Below, piece by piece: positions 19,307 through 28,519 of a stretch of 64,000 nt of DNA. The stretch covers positions 187,189 to 251,188 of the forward strand of contig JAGVWE010000004.1 in assembly GCA_018304425.1 (NCBI GenBank). The letters run 5' to 3'. The position numbers and the translations under genes are program-made. The stretch is from Candidatus Iainarchaeum sp. (GTDB taxonomy: Archaea; Iainarchaeota; Iainarchaeia; Iainarchaeales; UBA10219). Under the pieces are notes generated by a model. It was not told where the DNA came from. It did no database searches and saw only the letters and a list, made by a program, of their open reading frames with translations. Numbering within the stretch: position 1 is the stretch's first letter; the number at the start of each line of letters is the position of its first letter.

Positions 19307-20772
19307 AAGTCGTTGTCTCCATTGGTGCCCCGTCAACGCGCGCGGCCCTTCGCCTGATTTCCAGAGCCAACCGGCTCGCGGACTTGATTGAGCTTCGCCT
19401 CGACCTGCTCCCCGCGGAATCCCTCGAAGCGCTCATTCGCGCCTGCCGGAAGCCCGTGCTCGCCACGCTCCGCTCGAAGCGGGAGGGAGGGGAATTCAAT
19501 GGCCGGCCCGCCGCGGTGGAAAGGCGATTGCACCAGGCGCTAAAACGTGGAGTGGAATTCCTCGACGTGGAATTCGCGCTCCCAGCCAAGACGCGGAAGC
19601 GTCTCATGCGGGCGGCAGCCGCGAAGAAAAAAAAGGTCATCCTCTCCAGGCATTTCCCGGCTCGCACGCTTCCCTTGGCCGAACTCATGGCCTTGCTTAA
19701 GCGGATGGCGCGCGTCAAGGGAGTCGAGCACCTCAAGATAGTCACGCGCGCTGATTCCGTCGAAGACAATGGCGTCCTCCTCTCCCTTCACCTCGCCGCC
19801 CACCGGCAAGGCGTTCCCCTCATTGCCCACGCCATGGGCCCGCTGGGAAGGGTTTCCCGGCACCTCGGTCCCTTGATTGGAGCGGACCTCGCCTTCGCCC
19901 GCCTGGAAGGCCAAACGCCCGCGGCGGACGGCCAACCCACTGTAACGGAACTCCGACGGGGAAAGCGTTCCGCCGTGTGCGCCGTCGTCGGCAAACCCAT
20001 CGGGCACAGCCTCAGCCCCGCCTTGCACAACGCGGGCTTCCACGCCCTTGGCATGGACGCGGTCTTCCTCGCGCTCGAAGCAGAGTGCTTGGCGGAAGCC
20101 GTTGGCCTCGCGCGGAAAGGAAACTTCCTGGGTTTGAGCGTTACCCTGCCCTTCAAGGCGGACGCGCTCAACCTCGCCGACCAGGCCGATGCGCTTGCCG
20201 GGAAAATCGGGGCCGCGAACACGCTGGTTTCCCGCGGCGGGAAACTGGTGGCCTTCAACACGGACTGCCCGGCAGCCGTCGAAGCACTTGAAACCGTTGC
20301 ACCGGTGCGCGGCAAAAAAGCCTTGATACTCGGCGCGGGCGGCATGGCGAAAGCCACGGCCATCGGCCTGCGCGTCCACGGCTGTGAAGTCGCTCTTGCC
20401 GCACGCCACCCGGAGAAAGCGCGCAGCTTCTGCCGCGCCCACGGCCTAGCTTTGCGCTCGCTTCGCTCGCTGCACGCGCTTACCTCGCTTGACGTGGATT
20501 TCCTCGTGAACGCCACGCCCCTCGGCATGGAGGGTGCGCCTTTCCCACTGCCCATCCCGGCCCGTTTGCTCCGTGGGCAAACCGTTCTCGACTGCGTCTA
20601 CAACCCCGTGCACACGCCCCTCCTGCGCGCGGCCGAAGCCAGGGGCTGCCGGACGGTTTCCGGCCTTGAGGTTTTTGTCCGGCAAGGCGTCCGGCAATTC
20701 CAGTTATTCACCGGCCGAAAGGCGCCCGTCAAAGCCATGCGGGCCGCGGTGGTGCGGAGGCTGAGAGCATGA
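19303..20772 (+). CDS. aroE: Type I dehydroquinate dehydratase / shikimate dehydrogenase fusion (AroD-AroE)
   Basis: ELRLD, TLRS..EGG; HSLSP.LHN, SVTLPFK, GAANT, NTD, GAGG, VNATPLGM. Confidence 0.92.
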   Translation: MKVVVSIGAPSTRAALRLISRANRLADLIELRLDLLPAESLEALIRACRKPVLATLRSKREGGEFNGRPAAVERRLHQALKRGVEFLDVEFALPAKTRKRLMRAAAAKKKKVILSRHFPARTLPLAELMALLKRMARVKGVEHLKIVTRADSVEDNGVLLSLHLAAHRQGVPLIAHAMGPLGRVSRHLGPLIGADLAFARLEGQTPAADGQPTVTELRRGKRSAVCAVVGKPIGHSLSPALHNAGFHALGMDAVFLALEAECLAEAVGLARKGNFLGLSVTLPFKADALNLADQADALAGKIGAANTLVSRGGKLVAFNTDCPAAVEALETVAPVRGKKALILGAGGMAKATAIGLRVHGCEVALAARHPEKARSFCRAHGLALRSLRSLHALTSLDVDFLVNATPLGMEGAPFPLPIPARLLRGQTVLDCVYNPVHTPLLRAAEARGCRTVSGLEVFVRQGVRQFQLFTGRKAPVKAMRAAVVRRLRA

Positions 20773-21839
20773 CGGGAAACACGTTCGGCACCCTTTTCAG
20801 AGTCACCTCGTTCGGCGAGAGCCACGGCAAGGCCATTGGCTGCATCATCGACGGCTGCCCCTCCAACCTGGCCCTGTCCGAGGCCGACCTCCAAAAGGAG
20901 CTCGACCGGCGCCGGCCCGGCCAGAGCGGCGTCACTACCGCGCGCAAGGAAAGCGACCGCGTCGAAATCCTTTCAGGGGTCTTCGAAGGAAAAACCCTGG
21001 GCACGCCGATTGCTTTGCTCATCCGCAACGAGGACGCGCGCTCCAAGGACTACGACGCGCTCAAGGAAGTCTTCCGGCCAGGCCACGCGGACTACGCGTA
21101 CCTGCAGAAATTCGGTTTGGTCGACCACCGGGGAGGCGGTCGCAGTTCGGGCCGCGAAACGGCTGCCCGCGTAGCCGCAGGCGCCGTGGCCAAGAAACTC
21201 CTTGCCCTTCAGGGCATCAGGGTTATCGCTTTCACGCGTGCCGTCGCGGGCATCGAAGCCCAGGCAACCGACCTCGCGGCCATCGAGGCCAACCCCGTGC
21301 GCTGTCCCGATCCCGCAGCAGCCAAGCGAATGGAAGAAGCCATCCTTGCAGCCAAGGCAGCCGGGGACTCCCTGGGGGGAATTGTGGAAATCCAGGTGAA
21401 GGGTTGTCCTGCCGGCCTCGGCGAACCGGTCTTTGGCAAGCTCGACGCCGAACTCGCGAAGGCCCTGATGAGCCTCCCGGCCGTCAAGGGCGTTGAAGTG
21501 GGAGCCGGTTTTGCTGCCACGCGCCTCAAGGGCAGCGAGAACAACGATTCCTACACCGCCTCGGAGGACGACCAACCCGTGCCCGCCACCAACCGGGCCG
21601 GCGGCGTCCTCGGCGGCATCAGCTCGGGCGAGGAAATCATTGCACGCATAGCCGTCAAACCGCCTTCCTCGATTGCCCTTCCCCAGAAGACCGTGGACCA
21701 CGCCGGCCGCGAAACGGAGATTGCAATCCAGGGCAGGCACGACCCCTGCCTCTGTCCCCGCGTCGTTCCCGTCGCGGAAGCCATGGCCGCGTTGGTGCTC
21801 GTGGATGCCTTGATGATGCAGAAGGCGAGACAATGGTGA
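20769..21839 (+). CDS. aroC: Chorismate synthase
   Basis: FGESHG, RPGHAD, RGGGRSSGRET, GRHDPC. Confidence 0.97.
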   Translation: MTGNTFGTLFRVTSFGESHGKAIGCIIDGCPSNLALSEADLQKELDRRRPGQSGVTTARKESDRVEILSGVFEGKTLGTPIALLIRNEDARSKDYDALKEVFRPGHADYAYLQKFGLVDHRGGGRSSGRETAARVAAGAVAKKLLALQGIRVIAFTRAVAGIEAQATDLAAIEANPVRCPDPAAAKRMEEAILAAKAAGDSLGGIVEIQVKGCPAGLGEPVFGKLDAELAKALMSLPAVKGVEVGAGFAATRLKGSENNDSYTASEDDQPVPATNRAGGVLGGISSGEEIIARIAVKPPSSIALPQKTVDHAGRETEIAIQGRHDPCLCPRVVPVAEAMAALVLVDALMMQKARQW

Positions 21840-22576
21840 AGGCAAAGTCCGGACCGGTCGTCGGCATCGTGGGCGGCAAGGGGAAGATGGGCCGCCTGCT
21901 GGCCAAGCTGTTCAAGCGCAGGGGCCTCGAAGTCAGCGTGAGCGATTTGCATACCCGTCTGACAAACGCACGGCTCGTCGAGGCCTGTGACATCGTGTTC
22001 TTTTCCCTGCCCTTCAAGCAAGCCTTGCGCGTCATCCCCCGCATCGCCCCGCTCGCCAACCCCGGCGCCTTGTTGTGCGACCTCACCTCGGTGCAGGAAA
22101 AAACCGTGTCCCTGCTCGCCCGCCACGCCCCGCGCGGGGTCGGCGTTTCAGGCGTGCACCCCATGTTCGGGCCCGATGTCCCCTCCATGAAAGGCCAGCC
22201 GGTTTTCATCTGCCCCGTGCGCGCCAACCCCTGGCTGGGTTTCCTCAAACGCATCTTCAAGGGAGCCGGGCTGCGCCTGCACGTGTTCTCCCCCCGCGAA
22301 CACGACCGACTGACCGCGGTGCTGCAGGCAGGGGTTTACTTGAACGCCCTGGCTTTTGCCGGTCGGCTGGCGGACAACGGCATTTCCCTGCGACAAGCCC
22401 GCCGCCTGGCCACCCCCAATGGCCAGCAACTGCTGGACTTGATGGAGAGCGTGCTGGGCCTGGATGCCTGGCTGGTGCAAAGCATCCTCTTCGGCAACCG
22501 GTTCGTGGAAACGCCTTGGCGGTCGGAACGCGCCTTCGCCAGGGAATTCAAGCGCTTGAAGGAGGCCCTTGCATGA
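21833..22576 (+). CDS. tyrA: Prephenate/arogenate dehydrogenase
   Basis: GIVGG.GKMG, DLTSV, HPMFGP, EHD. Confidence 0.9.
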   Translation: MVKAKSGPVVGIVGGKGKMGRLLAKLFKRRGLEVSVSDLHTRLTNARLVEACDIVFFSLPFKQALRVIPRIAPLANPGALLCDLTSVQEKTVSLLARHAPRGVGVSGVHPMFGPDVPSMKGQPVFICPVRANPWLGFLKRIFKGAGLRLHVFSPREHDRLTAVLQAGVYLNALAFAGRLADNGISLRQARRLATPNGQQLLDLMESVLGLDAWLVQSILFGNRFVETPWRSERAFAREFKRLKEALA

Positions 22577-23799
22577 CCCAATCGGTCTTCCAGCGCGCCG
22601 GCAAGAAGCTCACCGTGAAAGGCACGAGCGACCGCGTCAACCGCGTCAAGATTTCCCCCATCAAGGAGATGGGTTTGCTTGCGGAAAGCATGCAGGGCGT
22701 GGTCTCGCTGGGCCAGGGAACGCCGTCCTTCCGAACCCCTGCCCACATCGGGGCCTTCGTCGCGCAGAAAATCGCGGAAGGCGCCGTCGACAAGTACATC
22801 ATGGGACCGGGTCTGCCGGACCTGCGCCACGCGATAGCGGACAAGCTCGGCCGCGTCAACCGCATCGACGCAAACCCCGACACCGAGCTCATCGTCACGG
22901 TCGGAGCCAACCAGGCCCTGTGCATGGCCATGCTGGCCCTCGTCAACGAGGGCGAGGAAGTGCTGATGACTTCCCCCAATTACTCGCCGCACCTCGAACA
23001 GGCAGGGGTTGCCGGTGGGAACGTGAAATTCGTGCCCCTGGTCGAGGAAGAGGGCTGGCGCCTGGATGTCGAGGCCTTCGCGCAAGCGATTTCCAGGCAC
23101 ACGAAGCTGGTCGTCCTCAACACGCCCCTCAACCCCACGGGCTCGGTGCTGCCGGAAAGGGACTTGCGTGCCCTCGCCGAGGTCGTCCTCCAGACAGATG
23201 CCTTCGTGCTCACCGATGAAACGTACGAGGACTTCGTCTTCGGAAAAGAAAGGCACTTCAGCCTGGCCTCCATCCCAGCGATGCGGCCCCGCACCCTCTC
23301 GGTGTTCAGCTTCTCGAAGTCCTACGCCATGACCGGCTGGCGCTGTGGTTACGTGCACGCCGAAGAGGGGCTCATCAACCAGCTCCTAAAACTGCACGAT
23401 GCCCTGTGCATCTGTGCTCCCCTCACCGCGCAATACGCCGCCCTCGCTGCCCTCACCGGGCCTCAGGACTGCGTCAGCCACTTCCGCGGCGAAATCGCCC
23501 AGCGTGCCCGTCTCGTCGAAAAACGCATGGCCGAGCTGCCACGCTTTTCCTCCCAGCCCCTGGCCGGGGCCTACTACGCGTTCCCCAGGGTCGCGGGCCT
23601 AAGGGACTCGGTGGGCTACTGTCTGGAGCTTCTCCACGGGGCCAAGGTGGTCACGGTGCCAGGCTCGGCCTTCGGGCCCACGGGAGAAGGGCACATCCGG
23701 TTGAGCTACTGCATGGAAGAAAATGTGATTGACCAAGCCTTCGACCGCATCCAGCAATTCGAGAAAAAACAGGGACACGGGCAGCCATTGCACGGCTAA
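22573..23799 (+). CDS. Class I/II PLP aminotransferase, probably aromatic
   Basis: NTPLNPTG, DETY, SFSKSYAMTGWRCG; last gene of the aromatic operon. Confidence 0.9.
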   Translation: MTQSVFQRAGKKLTVKGTSDRVNRVKISPIKEMGLLAESMQGVVSLGQGTPSFRTPAHIGAFVAQKIAEGAVDKYIMGPGLPDLRHAIADKLGRVNRIDANPDTELIVTVGANQALCMAMLALVNEGEEVLMTSPNYSPHLEQAGVAGGNVKFVPLVEEEGWRLDVEAFAQAISRHTKLVVLNTPLNPTGSVLPERDLRALAEVVLQTDAFVLTDETYEDFVFGKERHFSLASIPAMRPRTLSVFSFSKSYAMTGWRCGYVHAEEGLINQLLKLHDALCICAPLTAQYAALAALTGPQDCVSHFRGEIAQRARLVEKRMAELPRFSSQPLAGAYYAFPRVAGLRDSVGYCLELLHGAKVVTVPGSAFGPTGEGHIRLSYCMEENVIDQAFDRIQQFEKKQGHGQPLHG

Positions 23800-23805
23800 G
23801 CAGAA

Positions 23806-23931
23806 CTAGTACTTCGCGAGCTCCCGCAGCAGCGCCATGTTCTCCTGGATGACTTCGCGCGCGGCCTGCAGGACTTCCTTGCGGATTTTCTTGGTGTTCG
23901 CCTTCGAGACGTGTTTCCGGGCCATTGACAT
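23806..23931 (-). CDS. 41-aa putative antitoxin of Doc (below ORF-track cutoff)
   Basis: MSMARKHVSKANTKKIRKEVLQAAREVIQENMALLRELAKY*; TATAAATA upstream; adjacent to doc. Confidence 0.65.
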   Translation of the reverse strand: MSMARKHVSKANTKKIRKEVLQAAREVIQENMALLRELAKY

Positions 23932-23957
23932 AATCATCCCCCGCCCGCTATTTATAC

Positions 23958-24515
23958 CTATGGTTTTACGTCCACGAACCCGTGCAGCCAGTCGTAGACC
24001 TGGTCGGCGGAGAGCTTTCCCTGCGCGATGTTCAACAGCGTGTCCACGGCGTCCTTGAGCCGGTAGGCCTTCAGCCGCAGGCCGTTCAACCGAAGGAACA
24101 GCGTTGCCACGACGAAGCCCGTCCGCTTGTTCCCGTCAAGGAACGGGTGCTTGGAGATGATTTCCCCCAGCAAATACGTGGCAATGCGCAGCAACCGCTC
24201 CTGCCTGGAAACGTCCCTTTCGAGGGTTTGCTCATAGAATTCCAGGTTGCTCAGCACCATTGCCAGGAGGTTGGGCTGCACTAGGCCGAAGTTCTCGATG
24301 CCTTCCTGCATGAGGGCGAAGACCTGCGCGTCCTTGAGGCTGCTGAACACTTGCACGCCATGGTTTTCCCCGGCCGAAATGAACCCCACCAGGATGTGGA
24401 TGGCCTCGCATTCCTCCAGCTTGAGGTAAACCCTGCCGCCGCTGGTCGCCTGCCGGCGGAAGAGGCCATTGAAGGTCTGCATGTGTTTGCGGATGGTTTC
24501 CAGGTCGAAGCGCAT
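23958..24515 (-). CDS. Doc/Fic-family toxin
   Basis: HPFLDGNKRT (Doc-type lysine), FLRLNG. Confidence 0.88.
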   Translation of the reverse strand: MRFDLETIRKHMQTFNGLFRRQATSGGRVYLKLEECEAIHILVGFISAGENHGVQVFSSLKDAQVFALMQEGIENFGLVQPNLLAMVLSNLEFYEQTLERDVSRQERLLRIATYLLGEIISKHPFLDGNKRTGFVVATLFLRLNGLRLKAYRLKDAVDTLLNIAQGKLSADQVYDWLHGFVDVKP

Positions 24516-24591
24516 AAGATGCTCCAGGGAATATTTATTTGTGCCTTAACTTTAATTAAGGGGGACGGGGGAAGGTGGCTTGGCTAAGAAA

Positions 24592-25503
24592 CTATGCTTT
24601 GGGTTTCCGGAAGGAGCGAGGAACCCTTCGTGGCCGCCCATACCGATTACCATACCTTTTGAGTATTTTTAGATAGTCAGTTTTTCTTTGCCCTTCCCTT
24701 AACTCCGATTGCCACGTTCGCTTGAAAGGGAACCAGTGCTCTACCAAATAACGTGTATTTTTCCCGGTAATACCCAGGGAAGCAAGCGCTTCCCCCTGGT
24801 GGGTGGCAAGGTTTAATACATGGGTAGCCCCAAAAAAAGCTGCATCTGGTTTTTCGCGCCGGAGCCGGGTCAAAAAGCCTTTTTCCCTTAAATGCTCGTA
24901 AGAGTAGTAAAATTTTCCGCGCCACCTTTTGAGAAAGAGCCGATCTTTTGCGGGAAGTCCCGTACGCTGGCTTTCTAATAGCTTGTCTGCTTTCATCCCT
25001 GTTGGTTCTACTCTATCATTGTATCTTAGTGCAATGGCCGATTCCATTGGCACCACCTTAACTCCTCTAATTTCAGCGGCTTTAATTAGCTTTGGGAAAA
25101 GAAAAGTTTTGTAGTTTTCAACTATTTCTTCGAACATGCCGAACCTTTCCTTTAAAGAGGTTAGGCTCTTTCTTTTCATTTTGTTCATTCGAATGATCGG
25201 TTCAGCCTCGCGGGGAAACAATTCCAAGAGTCTCTCGTCGCGTTTCTCTCGTGCCACCTGAACTTCTTCGAGAAGTCTGAGTTTACTAGGCAAGTCCTGG
25301 ACCATTCTTTGAACTGGTTCAAGAGAACTTATTTCCGCAGTTTTCCGCCAGTCTTTGAGCCGTCGGGGAGTCATTTCAAGTCCAAGCACGCTCCCCGGCT
25401 GCATTCCTTCAACTATTTTCAGGGCTTGGTGCACAACCCAGTTTGGAACCGGGTTCCGTGGGTTTCCATGGTGTACGCCAACGAGAAGGGTCATTTTTTC
25501 CAC
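24592..25503 (-). CDS. Hypothetical protein, lower GC, Arg/Lys-rich C-terminus
   Basis: 303-aa ORF directly 3' of tRNA-Thr; visibly more AT-rich than flanks. Confidence 0.7.
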   Translation of the reverse strand: MEKMTLLVGVHHGNPRNPVPNWVVHQALKIVEGMQPGSVLGLEMTPRRLKDWRKTAEISSLEPVQRMVQDLPSKLRLLEEVQVAREKRDERLLELFPREAEPIIRMNKMKRKSLTSLKERFGMFEEIVENYKTFLFPKLIKAAEIRGVKVVPMESAIALRYNDRVEPTGMKADKLLESQRTGLPAKDRLFLKRWRGKFYYSYEHLREKGFLTRLRREKPDAAFFGATHVLNLATHQGEALASLGITGKNTRYLVEHWFPFKRTWQSELREGQRKTDYLKILKRYGNRYGRPRRVPRSFRKPKA

Positions 25504-25507
25504 CTAA

Positions 25508-25629
25508 AGCCTCCGGCGAGATTTGAACTCGCGACCTGCTGATGGCTTGCGCAACGCACTACCACCCCTTGCGGGGAAGTAGTTACCGCGTTACAAGTCA
25601 GCTGCTCTACCAGGCTGAGCCACGGAGGC
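25508..25629 (-). tRNA. tRNA-Thr(TGT) with ~48-nt intron at 37/38
   Basis: GCCTCCG acceptor, GCTGA-CT-TGT-A[intron]A-TCAGC, GTTCAAATC. Confidence 0.92.
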
Positions 25630-25724
25630 ATTCAAGGCCTACCAATCTATGGAGGCTAAATGGTTTATAACCGTTGATTGTCGGGTCAGAATGGTATAAA
25701 TACGGCTTAGGACATAAGCCTTTT

Positions 25725-27692
25725 ATGCCAGGGAAGCTTCCCCGCAAGTCAGGGCCTCCGCCACGCGCTGCAGATGAAGCCCGGCGCGTGCTCCTGCGTT
25801 TCGCCCCCTTGGAAGCCGAAACCCTGGACCAGCGCCTGCTCAGGCTCAGAGAATACATCGCCGCCCGCCGGCGCCTGCTGAAGCGGGTGTCCGAGAACAC
25901 GGTTTCCAAGGTCCTCCGAGCAGAACCCTCGATGGCTTTCGCCCGCCGGCTCACGCCCACCCAAGTCATCCGACAAACGTTGGTGCCGTTCGCCCCGAAA
26001 CCCGGTGAATCGGAGGCCGACCGCGCCGCCCGCGTGGCGGGCCTCGTGGAAGCCCGCAAGAAGCTGCAAACGATTTTTGGCGTCCACTACCGCCAAATAG
26101 GGGAGACCATTCGCGGCCATCCGGAACTCTCGTTCGCCCGACGGCCCCACGGCGTCTATTATGGGAAACCTCGCACGAAGCCGAGGTACAAGACCGACTT
26201 CAAGCGCAGAAGCGGAGTGGCCGACCGCGTCCACGAAATCCTGGCGCCCCTCGCGCCGCCCACGCGACCGGAATCTCCCGAGGCGCGCACCGAACGCCTC
26301 GCGCGGGTCAGGGGAGTCATCACGTTTTTGGGCCTTGAATTGGGTGAAAAAGCCGTGGCACGCGAGATAAGCCAATCACCCGCGCTGGCATTCGCCCGTC
26401 TCTACCGCTCCCAATCGGAAGAAATCCGCGACCGCCTGCTCGAGGTCGCTTTCACCAACCCGAGAAAGATTTCCAACGCCTACCGGAAGCTGGTCACGCG
26501 GTTTGGTCTCGTGAACGTCAACACGGTCTTACGCCGTTATCCGGAGACGCGGTTCGCGGCATCCAAAGTCGTCGTAACCAGTCGGACCCATGGCGTGCCA
26601 GGCGGGCAGGTTCTGTCCACCAGACGCAAGTTTGCGTTGCGCACTCCCGCCGACTGGCGCCGCGCCTACCCAGGCATGCCTTCCTTCAAGGGCGAACCCC
26701 TGCCCACCATCCTTCGCATTGGCCGCAGGCTCGCGGCCGTGCGCGACAAGGGTACTGCAGCGGTCTTGGCCCGCGTGCGCCGCCTCGAGGAAACCTATGG
26801 CGCCCAGGCCATCAGCGAAGCCCTCCACGCCTATCCTGCGCTCGAGTCCTTAACGGCGTATTCGGACCAGGCGAGCAAGCACCTTCGTCGCTTCCCCATC
26901 TACCGTCTCACCCCGAGCCAGCGCCAGGACATCGTCCGCTATTACAAGCGCTATAAAAGCGTCCCAAAGCTCGTCTCCTATTTCAAGGACATGGGTGTGA
27001 GACTGCGTGGGCACGAAGTTTCGCTGGTGCTGGAGGTTGCGGGCGTCACCCCGGTTCCACTCGCCGTGCGCCGCCACGAGAAAAAAGTGGCCAGAGAAAC
27101 CGCCAAGGCCGCCAGGACCGCGCAATCCGAGCCGAAGCAAAGGATTCGTCGCAACAATCTGCCAGAGGCCGCGTGCAGGGCACTCGTCGAGGAAAACTTG
27201 CCGAACATTCGCGGGGGCGTGGCGAACGCCTTATGGAGCCTGGTTCGAATCAGGTCGTTTGCCGAGATCCTGCCGGTCATCGTCGAGCGCGTCGTCCGCG
27301 AGCTTCCGTTCGCGCGGCTGCCGGGCGAGCCGCACTTGAGGCCCTACCTCGTGCAGATGGCGAAATTCCAGACGTTCAATCTCGCGAAGGAAGAAGGCTG
27401 GCTCCGAAGAAAAGGCGCGCGGGACGTGGCCTTCGCGCCCGGCGCCGAGGAATCCGTGCCAAGCCACGAGCTTCGGCCTGACCAACTGGTCGAAGTGCCG
27501 GAAGACCTGCGTCCGCATTTCCGCGCCCTCGCCGACAAGTCGGGGCTGGACAAACGTGAGCGCATGGCCTTCAACGCCTTGTCGGAAGGGAAAAACAGCA
27601 ATCAAATCCGCGCCTATTTGGCTTTGCATACCGGCGCGTGGACCCGCATGCGGCGCAGCATCCAGGAAAAAATCGGGCGCCAGCTCGATTAG
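25725..27692 (+). CDS. Large basic protein with C-terminal sigma70 region 2/4-like or HTH domain
   Basis: TATAAATA at 25695 then ATG 25725; LVEENLP..., PYLVQMAK; LDKRERMAF..LSEGK.S.QI...L. Confidence 0.7.
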   Translation: MPGKLPRKSGPPPRAADEARRVLLRFAPLEAETLDQRLLRLREYIAARRRLLKRVSENTVSKVLRAEPSMAFARRLTPTQVIRQTLVPFAPKPGESEADRAARVAGLVEARKKLQTIFGVHYRQIGETIRGHPELSFARRPHGVYYGKPRTKPRYKTDFKRRSGVADRVHEILAPLAPPTRPESPEARTERLARVRGVITFLGLELGEKAVAREISQSPALAFARLYRSQSEEIRDRLLEVAFTNPRKISNAYRKLVTRFGLVNVNTVLRRYPETRFAASKVVVTSRTHGVPGGQVLSTRRKFALRTPADWRRAYPGMPSFKGEPLPTILRIGRRLAAVRDKGTAAVLARVRRLEETYGAQAISEALHAYPALESLTAYSDQASKHLRRFPIYRLTPSQRQDIVRYYKRYKSVPKLVSYFKDMGVRLRGHEVSLVLEVAGVTPVPLAVRRHEKKVARETAKAARTAQSEPKQRIRRNNLPEAACRALVEENLPNIRGGVANALWSLVRIRSFAEILPVIVERVVRELPFARLPGEPHLRPYLVQMAKFQTFNLAKEEGWLRRKGARDVAFAPGAEESVPSHELRPDQLVEVPEDLRPHFRALADKSGLDKRERMAFNALSEGKNSNQIRAYLALHTGAWTRMRRSIQEKIGRQLD

Positions 27693-27724
27693 CCTTGGCG
27701 ACTCGGACACCCAGAACAAGCCTG

Positions 27725-27970
27725 CTACCCCTCAAGCAGTCTGAAGAATTCCTCGCGCGTCAGTCCGCAGTCCGTCAGGATCCCTTTCAAAGTGCCCAGC
27801 GGCAGGCCGCCGCCATGCAGGGAAACCGTGGTGTGCCGGTACTGGCCCTTATGGTTTCCGGCCAGTTGCACATGGGACCCCTTGCTATAACGCACGGGCA
27901 CTATCCCGATTTTGGCGAGCGCCTTGATCAACTTCTTGGGTTTCACGGGTGGAAGGTGGCCGTTGCTCAT
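27725..27970 (-). CDS. hicA: HicA-family toxin
   Basis: LP.VK.K.LIKAL.K.G....KGSHV, L..GTLK.IL..GL..EEF. Confidence 0.88.
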   Translation of the reverse strand: MSNGHLPPVKPKKLIKALAKIGIVPVRYSKGSHVQLAGNHKGQYRHTTVSLHGGGLPLGTLKGILTDCGLTREEFFRLLEG

Positions 27971-28021
27971 GCAATTCCCTTGTTGGGCAACAAGGTTCAG
28001 CCAACCGAATCAGTGAGCCAT

Positions 28022-28225
28022 CTACTCTTTTTGTCCCAAATGAATGGATAGTGCGTCCGACAAATTCCTGAACGCGTCCCGCATGCTTTTGCCGTAGGTG
28101 TTGATGTGGTACTTGTCGCACCGCACCAAAACGTTTTTGCCCTCTCGCCAGACCTTGACGTCAATCGTTTCCGATTCCTTCCCGTGCTTCATGGAAAGGA
28201 CGCTTGATTGGGTTGTCGTGGTCAT
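28022..28225 (-). CDS. HicB-like antitoxin
   Basis: INTYGKSM.DA..NL.DAL; adjacent to hicA. Confidence 0.7.
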   Translation of the reverse strand: MTTTTQSSVLSMKHGKESETIDVKVWREGKNVLVRCDKYHINTYGKSMRDAFRNLSDALSIHLGQKE

Positions 28226-28279
28226 GTTCTCCCGATACCATTTACCCTTGAAGGACTTAATATAGGTTTGGTTGAAAAA

Positions 28280-28352
28280 TGCCCCGGCCGGGATTTGAAC
28301 CCGGGTCTCCGCCGTGAGAGGGCGGAATCCTTGGCCTCTAGACTACCGAGGC
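28280..28352 (-). tRNA. tRNA-Glu(CTC)
   Basis: CCGCC-CT-CTC-AC-GGCGG anticodon arm, GGTTCAAATCC. Confidence 0.95.
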
Positions 28353-28519
28353 AAATGGCTTTTTGACCGACTTTATTTGGGGGGGCGCCTGCCTCTCACC
28401 CTACGCCCTGAGGCCCTACAAAAACGGTCAGGCCAATCCCTTTGGGCTTGCAAGGGTTTTAATGGGTTTCCCTGGCACCCACGCAACCCTTAAATAGGGC
28501 CTCCGAGCCAATTATATCC

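Noticed and set aside
25501-25514. tRNA-Thr 3' GGAGG acting as RBS for GTG 25503
   Set aside because: ATG 25494 with its own AGGTG RBS is equally plausible; may be coincidence
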